From: Vicugna vicugna
Taxonomy: Eukaryota
Reading direction: 5' to 3'
Assembly: GCA_013265495.1 (NCBI GenBank)
Contig: MU058844.1
Location: 1,901,520-1,965,519 of the forward strand
DNA: 64,000 bases
Positions 62,050-64,000 of the stretch are shown piece after piece. The notes beneath the pieces were generated by a model. The model was not told where the DNA came from, did not search any database, and saw nothing but the letters and a program-made list of their open reading frames with translations. A program made the translations under genes and the position numbers. Every line of letters starts with the position of its first letter. Position 1 is the stretch's first letter.

Positions 62050-62760
62050 TATACTCTTTATATTCATTCACCCGTTCAACATGAGATACCATGTAAAGAT
62101 GAAAAGACATGCACTAGGCTTGAGAATTACTTATGACTGGGATATAGATTATTGTGGAAACATTTACAAATTATGATATCCAGTGCTTTAAGGAGCACAT
62201 GTTTGCTACACAATATGGGCACTGGGCGGGAATACTTAAGTGAGAGTAGATAGTGCGAAGCCGTTAAACTAAGACCTTGAGGGTAAGTAGGTATATAATA
62301 ACAGGGTGGTTTGGTTGAATGGGGACAGAGAGGACATCCAGGCAAAGGGAACTGCTTGTGCAAAGGCCCAGATGGAAAATATTCAGAGAAAAAAATTAAC
62401 TGGGAATAGCCAGTGACAGGGAGTAGAAGTGGCATTAAATAAAATGATTTGAAGGTGAGCCCACATCCTAAAAAGCCTCATCTGCGATGCTGTAGATAGG
62501 GTGACCACGTTATTTATAGTCTAAACCGGGACACTTTTGAGAGACATAGAGGGGTGCTATTAATAATTCCCCTGATGAGAGTGTAAACCAGGAATGTCTT
62601 TGTTGAGCTGAGATCCACGGTTGTCTTAGCGATAGGCAAAGGGTATCACTGAAGGATTTTGAAGAGGAAAATGGTGATATAAGATGTAGATGTTAGACTA
62701 ATAACACTGATAAAGCATGAAGGCTGGATTAAAGTTCCAGACATTGAGAACTAGCGTTTA
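62050..62760 (-). mobile_element. L2 fragment containing a MER94 insertion
   Basis: ATTCATTCACCCGTTCAAC..; CCAGGCAAAGGGAACTGCTTGTGCAAAGGCCC; CACTGAAGGATTTTGAAGAGG. Confidence 0.75.
62497..62628 (+). mobile_element. MER94 (hAT-Blackjack MITE)
   Basis: TAGGGTGACCACGTTATTTATAGTCTAAACCGGGACACTTTTGAGAG..GGGGTGCTATTAATAATT. Confidence 0.8.
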
Positions 62761-63709
62761 GAAGGGGCTTTTGGTGCTGACATCAGCCTATCAACCTGCG
62801 AGCCCATCTTTCCCCAGATGGCTAAAGATAAACTCAACTGGGTCAGTGAACTCATGAGGCAACTCTTTTACCCCTGTCAGATGTTCAAGAAGTGATGTTG
62901 CTTTGCTCTTCCAAGTCCACAGAAACATAAATTGCTGGTGAGCTAGCTCGTCAGCAAAACAGGGCTCTTCACTTACTTGTCTTGACATTTTACTCAAGGA
63001 AAAATATTGGATAAAGGACTGAGAAACTGGCAAATCACTACTACTCTTTCTTTCTCTGTGGTCCCAGAGCACTAATATTTACGTAGCTCAGCTGAGTCAG
63101 TGATGTGCATCCCGTTGAATCCCTGCACGATGCTCTCTGCTTTAATGGGCTGATGGGACCATAAAAAGGAGCTGGGGAGGGAGGCTGGGGGGCTGCAGGG
63201 CACATTAAAACTTCAAGATAATCACTCTTGTAAAAGCAGAGGGGCCTGAAGGGAGTGCAGCTGTTTCTGCTTCTGCATGCAGTGTTCGCAGAGTCAAACT
63301 TTCGGCTTTATTTCCTCCATCTTCTAGATTCTGATTTGTGATTTGAAGTTTTACCAGCAGAGGAATCCTGGGTCTTGGAGGCTCCTCAGTTTTATATTTG
63401 CTTTTTTGTTCCTTAGATATTGACTAGCTTTCCTAATGACTCATTTTCACATCGTATTTTACATTTTTCTTGTTGAGCTATACATGTTACATTTCCCTGA
63501 GGCAAAATAACCCTAGTCAAAGTTCTTATAAAACAGTTTGTGTACATACCAAACCAGTATAAATAACATTATGCTTTTAGACCCTTAACCCTTTCTAAAT
63601 GAATACTGATTCTTATGTTTATGTATTTTAAATTACCCTTGATAAAACAAAATTTTTTGAGCATGCTGTTGTTCTAAAAAGTATTCTCTCCATGTTAAGA
63701 ATTCCCGTT

Positions 63710-63840
63710 TCCATTCATTCATGTATTAAACAGTTATTGTTGAGTATCTGTCATGCCCTTGGCACTGTGTAAAACCCTGGGTTCACTGTGATTTAAAAGA
63801 CAAAATTCTTATTCTTAAAGACTGTACAATTTATTGGAGG
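63710..63840 (-). mobile_element. L2 3' end
   Basis: CATTCATTCATG..TTGAGTATCTGTCATGCCCTTGGCACTGTG. Confidence 0.65.
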
Positions 63841-63894
63841 TAAAATGGGGGAGGTTAACGGAAGGAGCTGTAAATACAGGCTATTTATCTGTGG

Positions 63895-64000
63895 CAGTCA
63901 TTCTCAAAGGGTGGTCTCAGTCCCAGCAGCATCTGTAGCACCAGGAAACTTGTTAAAAATACAGATTATTGAGTCTGTCCAAAATCTGTTGAACCAGAAA
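63895..64000 (+). mobile_element. MER5A (hAT-Charlie MITE), runs off the right edge
   Basis: CAGTCATTCTCAAAGGGTGGTC..CCAGCAGCATC..GGAAACTTGTTAAAAATACAGATT. Confidence 0.8.

Noticed and set aside
57..63072. ORF-track ORFs as host protein-coding genes
   Set aside because: All are short (155 aa or less), compositionally biased or inside repeats. The only recognisable peptides are L1 ORF2 and ERV-L pol fragments, and no consistent exon chain was found.
6405..63445. Scattered AP-1 sites (TGASTCA), about nine noticed
   Set aside because: Close to chance expectation for a 7-mer in 64 kb, and several lie in LTR relics.
1..64000. Prokaryote-type systems (CRISPR, operons, defence islands) or a domesticated transposon gene
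   Set aside because: The sequence is mammalian repeat-rich non-coding DNA, and all transposon coding remnants are riddled with stops and frameshifts.

Overview
This is AT-rich mammalian (eutherian) non-coding DNA, intergenic or deep intronic. It is most likely from a camelid, because it carries a Vic-1-like tRNA-derived SINE and young LINE-1 3' ends of the camelid type; this assignment is from recall, not a database search. I recognise no host protein-coding exon, RNA gene or processed pseudogene. The ORF-track ORFs are either spurious or fragments of LINE-1 ORF2 or ERV-L pol. The window is a layered record of transposons: several 5'-truncated L1s (two with clean target-site duplications, TSDs), two decayed ERV-L proviral relics in opposite orientation (about 37.8-41.4 kb and 46.4-49.9 kb), two ERV1-type solo LTRs with 4-bp TSDs, MaLR/MLT and MER21-group LTRs, Tigger and hAT MITEs, MIR and L2. 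Repeat-poor blocks hold candidate regulatory motif clusters, the best at 55.26-56.16 kb (CpG-retaining; NF-Y, MEF2, CRE-like and UPRE-like sites). I found no evidence of a new biological system. The most interesting observations are local: a possible gene-conversion tract between adjacent L1s, a close inverted L1 pair, nested insertions, a fold-back insertion scar and the enhancer/promoter candidates. Repeat family names are pattern recognition from memory, and the boundaries of old elements are approximate.
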